A stretch of 62,713 nt of DNA, filler included, from Choristocarpus tenellus KU-1152 (GCA_964200185.2; 12 parts of 12 records of this genome joined end to end with filler, not necessarily neighbours in it); one strand, 5' to 3'; counted from the first letter of the whole stretch, positions 12,210-25,606 are shown. Translations and numbers: made by a program. The notes: generated from the letters alone by a model not told the origin.

Positions 12210-13842
12210 CGTTCAAGGACCTGACGGTGGCGTTTTAGAGTGAGGAGGGAAGAAAGTGGGCCAACATGATGGCTGCAAAATTACGGCCATCAACTCTCTG
12301 ATACAGCGAATCGAGCCTTTGAATGTGAAAAAACGCTCTGGATTGATGAGAGCTCGAGGAGGAGTGCAGCCTCCTCCTTGTACCTACGACTGCTGTTCTT
12401 GGAGAGGGCAGACAGGGAGAAGGATTTGAAAGCGGGTTGCTGTGTGGTGGGGGGGAAAGGGCCGATGATATTAGGTGACTCCTCGAGTGATGACCGTGAG
12501 ACAGTTCTGTGGTCGCAACCACTGAAAAGCTCTAAGTGAGGGCAACAGCACTACAGCAACAGACCTTACAACTTGGGATGCGTGTGTTGAGGCAGTGAGA
12601 TAACACCATGCCAGGCGTGCGCAAGACTAACACCTTACAGGCATAGAAGGTTTCGAAACCGCCAGGCTACTTACCGGTGGTATAGCATACTCAACGCCAC
12701 AAAAAAGAGTGACGTCAGGGGACACAACTACTCTCCCCGGCATGACAAGTCTCACACACAAAACGAACACACGCCGCTACAGGCAGAAGCTCTCTGCACG
12801 AGACAGTAGTACAGTAGAGAGCGTGGCTTTCATACATGCTGCTTACCTCAAGAAAGATATTGGACACCAGAGTACACCTCAGAAATAAAAACTCCCATCA
12901 ATGTTAGTTGTACAGCAATAGCTGGACCTTACAACCTCATCTCTGGCGACACATACACTATACGGATAATGTACTTTCCATGCAGCACTAACAGTATGAT
13001 GTGAACAACAGGTAATGCTTTCTCAAGAGCAACTGAGCTGGCAGGGCGAAAAAAATCACCCAAACTCCCCCCAACGTCACCCACCCCTCAAAAAACTACT
13101 CTGGTTTAAATGTGGTGGACGCAATTTTGCATGGAGTAGAGGGTATCATGGTGATTATGTGCAACTATGATGGAAGGTGATACACCGTACTCGCTAAGAT
13201 GCTCGTCGTAAGAAAGCATGGCGTTGCACTTGCACGGAGAAACAGAAAAGACTACAGATCTGGATATACCCCTATGTGTATACCTAATGTGACGTAGTAG
13301 TATGCATGAAAGCTACGGGAGGGGGATTTATTTGAGGTAAGAAGAATCGGATAGTGAAGGCCAGGGAGCATTGGACATCGTGCACGGTGCAAAGATGGCA
13401 CGTGGTGACGGTCAGCAATAACCCTCAAGTAGCTTCAAATCAATATAAAGTGGTGAGGGCACCAAAGCGAGTTCTAGAAGTCTCATGGAGATGGGTAACG
13501 AAAACAGCACCAACGCTTCCACTTCTCTGCTGCTGGTACCTCCTTTATCTCGGTTGGCAATAAGTTTCAACAAAGGCGACCATGACTATGGTATCAATGG
13601 AATCAGATCCTAGAGAAGGGATACCTTGGAATGCAACACTTCCATGCATCCGAAGAAATAGGGACTCAGCAGCAGCGGGACAAAGAGGTCCCTCCTTTAG
13701 TAAGTACAATGGATTCAGAAGCTTGAACACGTTGAACACCAAAAAACTGACAAGAGAACTTCTCCTCATGATGAGATCCTAACTGCATGGATGAACTGGA
13801 TGTGTGTTTTCCTGTAGCACACAATACTCCTACATCCCTCAC

Positions 13843-13947
13843 CTCGTCACTCATTGCACGCGGTTCAGCAGGGGATGTTCCATCCTGATAATTGAGAGAC
13901 CATTTGAGAAGGCCCAGCCAGTCGTTAGGGTTCGAGCTTGCAGCCAT
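13843..13947 (-). CDS. FES1: First exon of Hsp70 nucleotide exchange factor HSPBP1/Fes1; downstream exons not identified in this contig
   Basis: MAASSNPNDWLGLLKWSLNYQDGTSPAEPRAMSDE followed by a GTGAGG donor (35 codons, phase 0). W-x-GLLKWS...DGT...SxE is the Fes1 N-terminal signature. Confidence 0.85.
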
Positions 13948-15685
13948 GATAAAATAGTGGTATCAAAATCACTCCTAGCCTCCTTGTACACCAAAGCAAA
14001 CAGCTATTCCAATAGGGACGGCAATCTCTTTCCACCGAAACTTCCCTTTGTAAACGGAGGACTTGATGCTGTTTACTCCAGAATTGTCAAGCAACGCCTA
14101 GTGGCAGGCTCTAGAAGAAAAGCGACGATCTGGTGAGGTATACAAGGTTTGGAAAAGAGAGGTGTACATATTACTTGAATGGCGTGCGTTTAGATTTCTA
14201 GTTGTTTTATTGGTTCATGATTTCCCGAAAAGTGTGGGTGGTAGGTACAGACTCTCAGCTCTCACGACAACAGTTTCTCGCCTCTGACTTTGCAGGGGAA
14301 GGTATCGCCGAGGCTCTCGTATTGCTGATCTCTCATCCATCTCATTCTCGCCGTGAATTATCGTAGCAGAGGCGCCCGAGTGGACTGCGTCGGCACTAAC
14401 AGGTGTGGTGCCTTTCCTTTTTCACTTCATCAACTAGGCACGTAGCTTTCGTTATGCTTGCAAACTCTCTACCATCATCCACTCTTTGGTAGACTGACGA
14501 CTGAATAGAAAGTGGTGCTATGTAGCAAAGTGTTACCCCTATACGCTCAAGTTTCAGAAAGCAGCAGGTTCTACAGGGACGAAGAGTCGTATCTGACTTG
14601 GACTACTGTTCCCCCAGATTGTCTGTCTTAGACCACGCAGAAGCTCTAGGAGCTTCCTTTCTTGTGGATGGTTGAGATAGAATTTGGTGTGGATACAGGA
14701 AGGGCTACAGCGTGTTCTAAATCTTGCTTTGAGGGCAGGGAGGGGCAGCTGCAAGGAAATTGAAGAGACTCCCCCGGCTAGCAAGGTGAGCTTTTGGTAG
14801 TGACTCCTGAAGGGCATCACTGGGTCTGAACCTTCATCTTCTTCCGTTAATATAAGCCACTACTCCTGCTGCTGCCGGTTGGGCGCAGTTTTGCACCTGC
14901 GTGTAAGTCCAGGGAATGTCCTCTCACCCTTGAGTGCGACCTCAATAGATCGCTTCGCCCAAAGACGATGTAGTGCAAGCATGTACTTCAATAGACAACC
15001 AAAACCGAATTGTCTCATTTTAAATACTCAAGTTTCTATTTCAGGGCGAGGGGGTAGAGGTTCACATTACTGTATATCGTAATGAACCGAGGGAGATCGA
15101 GACAAATTTGCAACATTTAATGTCCTCCTCATTGAGCAATATTTACCTTGTCGATATGACCATAGGTAGGTTTCCATCTCAGGAACAAATATCGAACCTA
15201 TTGGCTATTTGTACTTATCAAAATATCGCAAACCGATTGGTATTATTGTATTTTCCATCTTTTTATTGGTAATATTACGCCATCAAAGATTTTGACACAT
15301 AGCCCAATACTATCATGATAGGTACATACAATATATATATATAATTTCTGGACTCAAGATTGGTTCGTTCTTCCTCACATCACTACTGAGACTATTTTTT
15401 GTTTCTCATTGCGAGATAATCTAATCAATGCGACGCACCTCACACTCTAGTCGGTGGGGATGGCATCAAAAACCGTCAGGTGGCCTTCCTCACTCTTGTG
15501 CATTTTTTACGTTCTCATTTCGTGGGTACTCCGCCAACTGCCTTACAGTCCTTAGAGTACTTTCATACTGGTCATCCGTGACAGGTTTTGCATCAGTCAG
15601 TGAATGGGCTCTTTTGTGGACTAACTTCGACTGTACCTGAAAAAAAAAATCTCCCCTCTGTTGTCATCTGCCATTTGCGGAGTCA

Positions 15686-15792
15686 GTGCGGCATGAAATA
15701 GTGTGGTATAGGCAAGGTCTTGGCTTGGTTGTGGTCTTCCTCTCTTTGGACAAGCGTGGCATGAAATAGTGCGGTATTAGCAAGGTCTTGGT
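15686..15792. repeat. Local direct duplication of a ~35-bp block (~68-bp period)
   Basis: GGCATGAAATAGTG(T/C)GGTAT..GCAAGGTCTT occurs twice. Confidence 0.7.
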
Positions 15793-16571
15793 TATTTACC
15801 TCTTCGGTGGTTGCAAGCAACACATGTACTTTTTTCTTAGCTTGTTTGGTTGTGTTGATTCATCATGTATTGCTCTTTGCCCCATCTCCCCCCCGGTGTG
15901 GACATGATGTGTTTACTATATATTGGTGGGCGTGTACCGTGTGTATTTCTATCACGACGGCTGACATTTCTCACCAGTGTGAATTCAAAGAAAAGATCGA
16001 ATCGCTTCTGAATATTGTATATAACTTGAATCACCTGGACAAGCCTTTTGACACGCACTCTTGTAGAATATATTTGTCCAGATGTTCAATCAATCAAGCA
16101 GGGCTCGAATGGAAGCAAGCAAATCACAAACGCCTTTTACTCAGCTTTCGGAGGTGAAAAAAAAACACCTTTTTTTTTTTAAGAACTGTAGCGATTGGCC
16201 GACTACATTTTCGGATGTTGATGATCTCGGGGGAGGGGGGAGAGAGAAGCACCATGCCAGGAAGTACGAAACTATCTCGATGACGAGGTCCTGCATTGCT
16301 TGCTTTGAACCACGCCTTTGTATATTATACAACAACAGTGTGTGCCTGAGGAGTAGCTTCGGGTGAGCGAGGGGGTTCGGAAAACTTTTTTTCAATATTT
16401 TTTGTTTATTTTAGTAATGTGATGGGAAGGCGTTCAGTTATTATTATTTTTTTTGGCTGTTTTGATCGGTGTCAAAGGGGGTCCGTCGGGAGAGGGGGGG
16501 GGGGGGGGGGACGTGGGACCAACCACTACCGTCCGGTTTATTATTTTTTTTTTTTTTTTGGTTTTTTTTTT

Positions 16572-16671
16572 NNNNNNNNNNNNNNNNNNNNNNNNNNNNN
16601 NNNNNNNNNNNNNNNTTAATTAATTAANNNNNNNNNNNNNNNNNNNNNNNNNNNNNNNNNNNNNNNNNNNN
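16572..16671. other. Artificial contig linker
   Basis: N44-TTAATTAATTAA-N44. Confidence 0.98.
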
Positions 16672-18097
16672 TATATTTTTTTTCAACCCTAAAAAAAAAC
16701 GGTTAAATCTATGGGGCCAAAAAATTAAAAACATTTTTACAAGCCCCCCCCCCCCCCCCCCCCCCCCTCACAAAGGGACTCCTATCAGAGATGGCGTACC
16801 ATTTTATACCGTGCAGTGAAATGGCAGTCACACGACTTCAATACTTTGCCGAAATATGGCATGATTATATCCATGGCTTGGCAACAATTGAGTGCGTTGT
16901 GACAAGGCTGGGTGTGAGCAAAGGGCGGGCTGAAGTAGAGGCCTATTACAAGGAGATGTGCAAGATATTCTGTTGCTTGACATAACTCCGGTTTCGCTTG
17001 GTATTGAAAATCATTTGTAAGATTGATTGATCGGAGCACTACATATACCAGTTAAGAAAAGGTTATCAACATTTCAACATTTTTCCCACAGAAGGACTCT
17101 AATCAGACAGCACACCAAAATCGCTGCTCTTTTAATTAATTTGATTGATTGCACAACTAACAACAGTCTCGGAAAAAAAAAATGAGTTAAGCGTCCGAAT
17201 GCAAATGTTAGAGGGGTACGGGTGGGTGAGCTTATGCTCCCGTTCAAGTTACATCATGACTGTAACTATAGTTACCACAGAATAGATACTTGTAATACTG
17301 AGCCCAAAATAAAATGCCCCCGCCTCAACAGATTGACTCAGATGAGGGGAATGAAGAGTACGGGCTAGAGCCCAAAGGCAAAGGGAACCTTTTTGTGCTC
17401 CACTAGCCTGAAGCACCACCTTGAGATGCCCTCAGTGGATGGATCCATTGACTCTTTTTGATGATGGATTCATCCGGCAAGGCCACCTCAGAGGGTATTT
17501 GAGGACAGAATGGAGCATAGAGAGACCAATTGGATGTGCCATACAATATCATCCACCTGTCGAGTTCAATCTAAGCAGGGACTCAGGCGGTTTAGACTCT
17601 GCATTTCAAATACTCGTTAGGTGGACTCCATACTATCAACATTGGACAAGGTATAATGGTGGTTTCCTCAACATCAATTAGGCATTTTAGCAGCTCACAC
17701 GTGTCAAGAGTTGATCCCTGTTAGCTGTTACAAGAGTTTTTCCTTGAAAAAGAGTCTCCCGTCATACTGCAGTGAAGCCGTGACCTTGGCACCTCAATAT
17801 TTCTTCCTCATTAGTTTGTATTGCAAAGCTGTCAGTGACTAGGGGTTCAGAGGACCATAAAAATGCTCATCTAAGAAAAACTATCCAGAACCAACAATTT
17901 CACATAGTGAATCCTACATTTTGCACACCTTGGTCATAGAAGAAATGTTATTTTTGTTCAAATTCTGATAAGATTTCCTGTTTTTTCGGAAACATCCATT
18001 AAAACTGAAAGAATACTTTCCAATTCATGAGTATCTCTAGTTACAGAGGTAGATATGGTCCCCCCCCCCCCCCCTCCCCTGTAGTGACTCTGCTTAC

Positions 18098-19494
18098 CTC
18101 TTGCTCTTGGCAGTGAGTATCTTGTGGACCACCTTGCGTTGTCTCAGGGCCTCCTGTTTGTTCTTGGGTCTTCCCTTGGTACCATTTCGTTCAAGGTTTT
18201 GAAGGCCCTCCAGCGTTGCCTCTACCCTGGCCAGTCCGAAGTTGGTGTGCTTTGCCTCTGGATCTTCCACGTCAAAGGCTGAGGGCAACATTCCCGGCAT
18301 AAACGCAAGCATCCACGGAAAGGCCTCAGGTGCAAACAGCGCCATCATCATCGAGTTAAGGAGCTTGCCACGGTCCTATACATGTGCGCGCGCGAGTATT
18401 ATTGGACGGTGGGAGGGGTACGAATCAATTATCTCCTTCCATAGTTCACACACCTGCCTATCAAAATCTTTTCATGTGTAAAGATCATGAGACTCCTAGG
18501 AATAAATTTGAAAAGGGCAGACCATATTTCACACTAGGAGGAAATAGCTCAGTCACTGCTCCCACCTGTTTACCCCGTTGTAGGTGTGCGTACTCCGAAT
18601 AACTCAACTCGTGACCCTCCTTTACCCTGGCTCGGATTTTCTCACAAACCTATTGACGAAACGATATTTCAGTCGCAAAGACAGTAAGATGCAATAACTA
18701 AGTTCCATGGTGGGGCTGCAATGATATTGCAAAGGTGCATGTTACAAATGTTGAAGCCAGAGGCTTACGTCTGCGGCTGCAGAGTAGGTGTTCCGTGGCC
18801 ACGCCAAGAAGGAGAGGTAGACACTGACCTTGTAGTTATCAACTAGCGCCGAAGAACCCGTCTTCAAACGTGTGAACTGCTTTTGCACAGTTGTAGCCAA
18901 CCATTTCAATGGGCTGTTGGAGTTTACAGATAAAGTAGGTTTTGCTTGGTTAGGTAGTCGTCAACGATGTGATAAACAAAGGGATGGACAAGATCGATAG
19001 TCACGACAACCAGGAGCTGGTCCTATTGGATAGACGAGTGCAAATAAGCAGAGGAACGATCACTGTCCTTCTTAAATTACCGTCCAAGGGTAGCAGTAGC
19101 TAACAAGATCTGAGTTTAATCCGTTTTGTTGGCATGCTATCATAATACCAACGTGACCACTCACACGACGTCAAATAACATTGAACAAACTGTGCCTTCC
19201 TCAAAACACTCACTTTCCACTCGAATCAGTCAGATCCGATTCATACTTTTTTCCCTTGGCATCTCCCTCTTCGACGTTGGCTTTCACCACTGTGGCCAGG
19301 ATTCCACGTCCAGAGAATCTATTGGAGCCCATGGTATTGCTTAGGTGTGTTCGTCGTTCCTGTATTGGAATGGACGAATGCAGAGCCGCATACTTTTGTT
19401 GGGTGCCATGGAACCATACGAGGCGGCCTTCTGCGACACCAACCACCACCCCCAGGCCGGAAGTGACAAGCACCAGGCTTCTCAAGGCCACCAT
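18098..19494 (-). CDS. LETM1/MDM38-like protein, 5' four exons: 19494-19214, 18913-18829, 18649-18566, 18375-18098; continues 3'
   Basis: All three introns are GT-AG and phase-consistent. The spliced product ...LVDNYK-VCEKIRARVKEGHELSYSEYAHLQRGKQ-DRGKLLNSMMMALFAPEAFPWMLAFMPGMLPSAF resembles the LETM1 'L.R.E...L.R...D...(TM)...P.MLPSTF' block. Hydrophobic N-terminus MVALRSLVLVTSGLGVVVGVAEG. Confidence 0.7.
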
Positions 19495-21960
19495 CCTAGT
19501 TTGTGGCGCTTGTACTGGTGGATAGTTTCCAAGTTCAGGTTGGTAGTGCAGAGCCGTCCAAGTTTCAAAATGTTAAGGGATTAATTGCTACTATATTCAT
19601 ATAATAATACTATTCATATTGTTACACATGTAATCATGTTGGTAATTCAAAATATTTGTCATTGTTCAAAGTTACGAAATTGTCCCATCTATACAGGATC
19701 AAGAGATCAATCACCCACTCGCTTAGATCGAACCCTGGTTGTATGAGTGAGGTTCGTTCCCGGGAAGCTTTGGATCACACACCAGGTGCATTGAGAAGGT
19801 AGAGATGTCCCTTCCCGTTTTGTGCTATGCGACAAAAGGTGATGTATGGAAATATGTGGGTGGGTATTGGGACATGGAGGGACGAGTGGTGGTAGTTTAA
19901 ACTTCAAAATTTGGGCACCTCAGAAAGCAAGCAGTTTTTTTAAAGATGAGTTGTCCACAAAAGTAGTGGGGGGGGGAGGGGTGGAAGGTTGCAGCAGATA
20001 AGTGGTTGTCAAGTCCCCCATACACAACAGATAGTGTCTGGACAAATGTTTCTCTCGTTATGCGTCATGTGTTTCAGGATAGAGAAATCAGACAAATGAC
20101 CAATATAAGGGGCGTGTCAAATTCTTGGGATGCTTCCCTAGCTCCACGTCCACCTTTGTAGGGCTAAGGTAGGTTAGAGACATAGCAGCAGTGTAAACAT
20201 TGCATTGGAATTGATAACCTTCCAGGAAGCATTGTTCACCTAGTATTCAAATTGTAAATAGTTTTTGGAGAGGTGTGATAGTCAGTCACCTTCAAGGTCT
20301 GTTTCCTCATATGACATGAGCATTTGTGTCCTGATCACTTCAATATCGGGTTGTTTGAGTGGAGCCTACAAGCCCCCCTCATTCACTTTCCTTTTCCACT
20401 CCTTCCCTGAATGACCTTCTGAGAGTTGCTCACCCTCCTGCCTTGTCTCTCTCCTTTCCGTTCCTCCTGTTGGTCTTCCCTCTCCCCTTCAGTCGGAAGA
20501 ACCTGTCTACCGGTTTCCAACTGTTTCACAGTGGCGATGACGACACTTCTGAAGCGGGAGAGTACTTCAATAGTTATTTTGGGGACACCCTTAATATATT
20601 GCCCATATTTTGAGTACCACATCTGCCCTGTGTATATATATGCCACATCATTCCACTTGGCTAATAGTTGGATCTAGGAGACATAAACAACATGTTCCAC
20701 ACCACAGAGAACGGTTTCCAAATCTTCATGGCAGAAGAATGCAAAGAGAATGAATCAACAGAACACCTTCGACCACCTTTCCATTACTGTAACGGTAATT
20801 CCTTTGATGAGGTTCTCCTGGAGATGGAAGGAAAGTTCTCCTCCACAAATCATCCGGAATCATTGTCGGCACAGATTTCCGGGTGGTGGACCACTGTGTA
20901 GTCGAGTAACTGGTGTCTGCAGATAATCATCCGCTAAGTCAACCTCAAACACCAAACTCCCTCGGTACACAGACCCCAACTTTCCCTTCCATGTCATCAC
21001 AGATATCCTCGCCAACACCACATGTTTATCCATCAATGTCATCTACTCCTGACCGGTGCATCACGCTTATCAATGCAGAGTTGAAGGAAGCAGTCAAGGG
21101 AAAGTGTCCACCAAACATGGAACTTGTCCGGAACTTGACAGAAACGAGAGACACGGCCAACGCAAGGCAGTCTGCATTTATTTCTCATATGACTGCTTTG
21201 CCGAAAATGTCGTAAGGGAACTTTCCCAAAGGCACATGTCTTTCTTCACCTACGATTGAAGCGCCTGCACTTCTCACAAGTTTCTGCATGCATGTCACAC
21301 TTCACCTTCACGATTCACAAAGTGATGAAACAACCATTGGTTGTGCTTGCATGATCTATTTACCTTTGATGTTAGATTCAAATGCTAGTATGCCATGTTT
21401 TGAGAGCACGGAAGGCAAAATTAAACGACTCTCCCTTTCCCAATTGCGAGCTCTTCAAATTGCAGAGTACTTTCACGGATCTTGTATCCATTGTTGCCCC
21501 TGAAATATCGGACCTATTGTATACTGACATTTTTTCATGAACATGTGTAAGGCGCGTATATATGATGCGATGAGTGATTATTGTCGGCAATGGGCTAACA
21601 TTTACCAAAAGACAGATGAAACTTTTGAAGCATATATGTCCTACATCTTCGATACCTTCTAGGTAGATTTACAGCAGTTGACCAAACTTCCTCTACGGAC
21701 CCTAGCGACCACAATTATACCGACCAGATTGCCATTGCCCTCTTGAAGGGGGTTTACAACCCCATTTTCAACTTAGTTCAGTAGAGACTTTGCCTCTGTG
21801 TTATCAGATATCCTTAACCATGCTAAGCACCATGAAGCAAACAATCCAATGGGGAAAAGACATGCCTGTGCACTTGCCCCTACCCCTTCGTTGTTAGAAC
21901 ACTAGTAAACTCCTGTGTCTACCGAGCAGGTAGTCAGCGACAAAGGGGTTTATTAGTGTA

Positions 21961-22137
21961 CAAAAAAAAGCTAATCCCGGGGATCGCAAGCTGTTAGACT
22001 TGATGAGGTTTCGCCTGAGGGTTGCTATCACTCCAATCAGTGACCCACTTCGGCGGGGCAGTTGCTAATGTGATGTTGTGTATCCTGGTGGCGTGTTCAG
22101 CCTTTTGACAGACGTGTAACCATGCCGGGATTCGATC
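21961..22137 (-). ncRNA. Candidate tRNA-derived SINE or other Pol III structured RNA, 5' truncated at the contig end
   Basis: The minus strand starts with B-box-like GATCGAATCCCGGC, contains hairpins (CCCGCCGAAGTGGG; AGGCGAAACCT; AGCT..ATCC-CCG-GGAT..AGCT) and ends in a T8 tract. Confidence 0.4.
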
Positions 22138-22237
22138 NNNNNNNNNNNNNNNNNNNNNNNNNNNNNNNNNNNNNNNNNNNNTTAATTAATTAANNNNNNN
22201 NNNNNNNNNNNNNNNNNNNNNNNNNNNNNNNNNNNNN
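22138..22237. other. Artificial contig linker
   Basis: N44-TTAATTAATTAA-N44. Confidence 0.98.
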
Positions 22238-22455
22238 TCCTTCCCAACTCCCCACCTTGCCCCCCCCTCCTACCACCACCCCCTTTCAAAATACATACAC
22301 ACTCCCACTCACACACACCTCCAACAATTCAAAAACACAACACACAGGCAGACCATCCTATCCACAACTTAAAAGATAAGAGAGGGAGAGAGAGGCAGCC
22401 AGACAAGTGTTGTGTGTAACTGAAAGTAACTGTAAGTAACTGTCAGTAACTGTAC

Positions 22456-24895
22456 CTCCTAGGAAGGGAGATGTCTCTTGCTGCGCGTTCTTGGTAAACC
22501 ACAGTCCCCTCCCCAAATTGAGCATTGATTCGGTCCGCCAATCCACTCACCTGTCTCATTCAATTGTGAGGATTAGTCTCATCTTAAAAGGAAAAATAAA
22601 ACTAACAATAATAGTGACAATAATACTGATAATAATAATAATTCCCTTTCTAACTGTATTGTCATGATGATGATAATAATAATAATAAAATATAAATCAA
22701 ACGGAGTGAATGGACCTGATTCGTACTCATTTCAATAATAATAATAATAATTATTATTATTATCATTATTATTATAGTAAGCGTTTTTGTTTTTTTCAAA
22801 ATCAAAATAGAAAAAAAAAATCATTCAAAATTCATTCATTGTTTCCGTGATTGTACACACACCATGTTTCACACAACGAAAGCCATGACCAAAAGTTTTA
22901 CATATTTCTACCATCTAAATAATATATTTAAGTAACACCTCAGGGAAAATTAAAAATAATGACTTACAACAGGCCTCTCTCCATATATATATATCATTCT
23001 TGTGTATGAACTGTCAAGATCTTTAAAAAATCCTATATACATACATACTATTCAAGTTACTTACAAACATATATAACTCAACTACTACTTATACTACTAT
23101 AACTATATACATGCATTTCATTTTTGTATATGAACTGTCAAGGAGATTTGATAAAATCCAATATACCTACATACATATTATTGAAGTTATTTACAAACAT
23201 ATATGACCCAACTACTACTTGTACTACTAGAACACCAGTAACAGATAAAGCAATTCTATACCAAAACTTGGGGAAAATATACTAGCAAGTGACTTCTAGA
23301 TTATTTGATAGCTATCTCACCAACTCCTTGCATGTCTGGTAGTCTCTTCCCCTTTCTGGATTTGTGATCCCAACCTCATGCATCCTCACCCTACCAGTGC
23401 ACCACATTTCACAAACCACACAGGGGGGGGGGGTAAGGAGGGGGAAGTGGAGGATGATCAGGATGTCCACTAACAAAGGTGTCTGGGTTATATCTGTGAT
23501 GGTGCTCAGGTGGTGGGTAGTATAATAGCAATAATATAATATAACATAACATAACATAACTAACATAACATATTATAATACATTGAGAAAAAAAGGTCAG
23601 CACAACATCAACTATGGCGCCAGGGTTCTTCCTGCAATAACCCTAACCCTAACCCTAATCCCTTACCCTAAAACTAATAATAAAAATATTACAATAATAA
23701 TAATTATTATTATTACTACTACAATGATAAAAATAGGTGGTTACACCAAATGAATGTCCTTGTGAACTGGTACTGTCTCTCCCAAATATTATTATTATTC
23801 TCACACCCATACAAGGCAAGAAACATGTGTACCTACACTCTCAAGTCAACAAATATTATTTTAACATTTTTTATAGAAGTGCACATATAATATATATATA
23901 TATATATATATGTGATGGGAGTGGACATTACTTCAAAATTATAAAAAAATGTAATATAATAGATTGCAAAAGACCCTCTTTACTCTCTCCAGTTATGAAG
24001 AATATTTCCCAATATAAAAAATAAAATAAAAATTGAAAAAAACACCACCGTACACTATTTTTTTTAAGTATTGCACACGAGAATACCACACTCCACTCAC
24101 CCCTACAGCAGAACGATCCAGGAAAAATCCAAGAAATTTCTAATTATCATTCATGCCCATCCATCCATCCATCCATCCATCCACCCAACTAGCCTTTACT
24201 TCCAACATCTAACGATATATATATATATATATATATATACCAAACAATTTATTTAGTTGAGATTATTGTAACAAAAGAAATCTTTCAATCAAGATACCCT
24301 AACCCTAAACACACCCATTACTTTCAAGATAATAATTTAAAATTCTCATACACACATCTCAGAAAAAAAATTCAAAAGTAAACGAGAGGTATCAGGAGTT
24401 TTTTTTATTTCAAGGGACATCGAAAACAAAAAATATATATTTGTTAAGAAAAAAAAATATTTTTTTTCAAAATTTGTTTACTCACTTTGTGCATAATATC
24501 GGAAAGGTTTCAAACCATTCCGAGAGAAATATAAAACGTTCTCTGAAGTCAAACTTAAAAAAAAAATCATCCACAGAAATAAATATATATACATATAATG
24601 TAGTATATATAATATAATATATATATATATGGGTAAAGTGCAAAAGATTGAGAAAATATAATTTAAATGTGAATCGTTTACTTTTGGCTCATTCTCTTAG
24701 GGTTAGGGCTAAGGCTAGGGCTAGGGCTAGGGTTAATATATCCTCCGTTCACCTCCCAACAAGATCAGGGTTCTGCTCCAGCATCCTCTCAAATGCCAGC
24801 ATCTTGAGCCAGACTCCCTTGAGTCTCTCCAGGCGCTCCACACCCAATATCACCACAAAATCTCCGTATGTTCTCCTCAGATGCTTTACTTCATC
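22456..24895 (-). CDS. TPS: Trehalose-6-phosphate synthase (GT20), internal exons 24895-24753, 23390-23321, 22550-22456
   Basis: Phase-consistent splice gives DEVKHLRRTYGDFVVILGVERLERLKGVWLKMLAFERMLEQNPDLVGR-VRMHEVGITNPERGRDYQTCKEL-VSGLADRINAQFGEGTVVYQERAARDISLPRR. This matches GT20 motifs GVDRLD..KG...K..AFE.FLE..P and 'RIN..FG'. The 5' boundary at 24895 (AAG acceptor) is less certain. Confidence 0.9.
23002..23230. repeat. Intronic tandem duplication (~125-bp period, 2 copies)
   Basis: TATGAACTGTCAAG...TACATAC...AAGTTA.TTACAAACATATAT..C.CAACTACTACTT.TACTACTA occurs twice. Confidence 0.75.
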
Positions 24896-25606
24896 CTTTT
24901 TCACATCACACACAAGATGTGCAACAAAAATACAAAAAAATTATACCGACTTAAAATACTAATAAACACATAATACATACGTACATAATACATATATAAA
25001 TAATGCATACATGAAATAACATCTGTATGTATACATACCTATACACATAAATAAATACATATACACACATACATTAACATACACATTAACATATATATAT
25101 ATATATATATATATATCTGCGTGTATGTGTGTGTGTGTGGTGTATGTAAAATAACACGATACTTGTGTGCAGTGAAACGCCTTTCGACAAACATGGAAGT
25201 ACTTGTAAAAAATTGTTGATTCAAGAGATTATCCATGGAAGTACTTACAGTTACACAATCACCATGAACTACACGTATCCGTGCAAATAAAGTATTCATA
25301 TTATTATTTCCCACATATTTCAAAATGGTCTTTGCAAACGTGACACAAATCACCCCCAGAGGCACAATATATATATGTATATACATATACATATATATAC
25401 ATATACACGTAGTATCCACATAGACACAACAAACATCACCCTAACCCTAATAACTCCACATTTTTCTGAACAATACACACACACATACATTTATGCATAA
25501 AATAACATTTATTACTACCACACATTGTAATCACCATCAATAAGACACCAAGTAGAGATCAGTATCACAGCGCTACTTTAGGTATGCTACAACAAATGAA
25601 CATAAT

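Noticed and set aside
14554-14900. Protein-like minus-strand segment upstream of FES1
   Set aside because: In-frame stop upstream and no family recognised; it may be a TE relic but this is unsupported.
19707-19790. tRNA gene (GGTTCGAT on the minus strand)
   Set aside because: No cloverleaf or acceptor stem can be formed.
22017-22075. HDV-like or hammerhead ribozyme on the plus strand
   Set aside because: GCTAAT and a P2-like ATCAC/GTGAT pair are present, but P3 and P1.1 do not form in the required register. TGATGAG is not followed by a stem II and GAAA. Kept only as part of the structured-RNA finding.
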